Origin: Yuukianura sp. NJ FZ-2021
Lineage: Eukaryota
Direction: 5' to 3'
NCBI GenBank assembly: GCA_046563655.1
Contig: CM102286.1
Location: 1,860,001 to 1,924,000 of the forward strand
Length of the DNA stretch: 64,000 nucleotides
In this document: positions 62,709-64,000 of the stretch, in pieces
Layout of the letters: the number at the start of each line of letters is the position of its first letter
How positions within the stretch are numbered: position 1 is the first letter of the stretch
The notes under the pieces: model-generated
Database searches by the model: none
What the model was told of the DNA's origin: nothing
Seen by the model: the letters and a program-made list of their open reading frames with translations, nothing else
Translations under genes and position numbers: made by a program

Positions 62709-64000
62709 GGTATGTTGTTGTACCGTTTTGCATTAAACCGGAGCTCCAACACGTTGGAGGACTGAAGCGAAGTCAACTGAACACGGTTACATCGACGCAG
62801 GATGTGAGCATATCCTTTCGGTTAGCGCAGTTCCGGAATCAGTCTCAAGTTCCTCAAGATCGTCAGGGATACCGGCAATATTCAGTTGGTAGGCGGTGGT
62901 TAGCTCCTGGCCAAGGTAATCTTCTTGTCGATCAAGTCAAAACCTATAAGTCAACAAAAAGATAGGAATTAATTGTCAATCAATCACCATTTCGTGCCAT
63001 GAATATCTTTAGTTATCAAAACCAACTGGGATACTAAAAGCTTACCGACACACATAACTGTACTCTCGTTTCTCGTTAACTTATACCCATCAAATCTTCC
63101 AAAATCAACGTATTCCATTCGTTAATGATCAAAATAGTATTGGTCACTTCCGGTAAGCTGATCAGTAGCAGCACAACTGAAAACGTTCACCTTCGTCTTC
63201 GTAAATTTAGTGGCCGCATAATCTAGTGCTGACGAGGAATTCGATATCCAATTCAAGACCAATTACCTCTGACCTTTACAGAACAGTTGAGCTTTATGGA
63301 ATCAATTGACAAACCACGAACATACATACGTAAAAACCACGTTAGATAACTTTGGGCGGTGACACGGGAGAGAGTCTCTACGTTGAGCAGATCGATTCAC
63401 TCCTTTTTATAAAAGTGAACTTACCTCTACCAAGAGAGAACCGATGACTCAATTTCCAGTGATCCTTGGCTACTGATCGCCCTGTTTTGATACAGCGATG
63501 ATGTTGGACCACAACAATGACTTCAGTTTCTAAGAAATATTTAGAACAGGAGCCCAAGATGGACGAAATAAGTTGTATAATAAGAAAAAGTTGAGTGTAG
63601 AAAGGTAGAGCTGGGTTTACTATAGGCAGAGGAAAGAGGAAGAAAAAAAGAAGCGAGAGATCTTCTGGGTTGATGACGTCAGCAGAGAGGCACCGCCGGA
63701 ACCACTCGTTTGGTCGTAGAGAGCCTATGGTAATCTGTGTACCATCATATCAAATCCCTTCAAATATCCGATAATACCCGTATCCTTGGCACACTTCCGA
63801 AAGTTCGGATTTCGTCATGTCACATGTCCATGTCAAATACAAAAGGTCCTTGGACCGCGCAAAGGTCAAATTCCGAACTCCCTAACTTTTTTCTTTTCAT
63901 GACGTCACAAGGACGCTGACCTATTACCACCCTATACCCTTAGCCCTTACTTTTCATCAGGCATGTCAAAAATATTTACCAAAAACTGTCGAAATTGGCA

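Overview
AT-rich eukaryotic (animal, arthropod-like) genomic DNA with many short GT-AG introns; the style suggests a springtail-type hexapod, but that is inference only. Conserved genes: FAM161-like (partial), delta/zeta-sarcoglycan, SETDB1/eggless, COQ6, dispatched and par-1/MARK kinase. Between sarcoglycan and SETDB1 (about 9-35 kb) lies an accessory block. It holds (i) an intron-containing fungal/bacterial-type EgtD/EasF-family methyltransferase, a probable horizontal transfer with an altered substrate pocket; (ii) a head-to-tail array of 12 intact three-exon genes for 374-376 aa seven-TM proteins, whose C-terminus aligns without gaps to the insect odorant/gustatory receptor TM7 region but lacks the GR signature; (iii) a two-repeat cysteine-rich secreted peptide; and (iv) a three-exon drosomycin-type defensin missed by the ORF track. 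Also present: two foldback/MITE elements, and a pair of covarying RNA-like hairpins at about 5.95-6.11 kb. All calls come from reading the sequence by eye; no searches were run.
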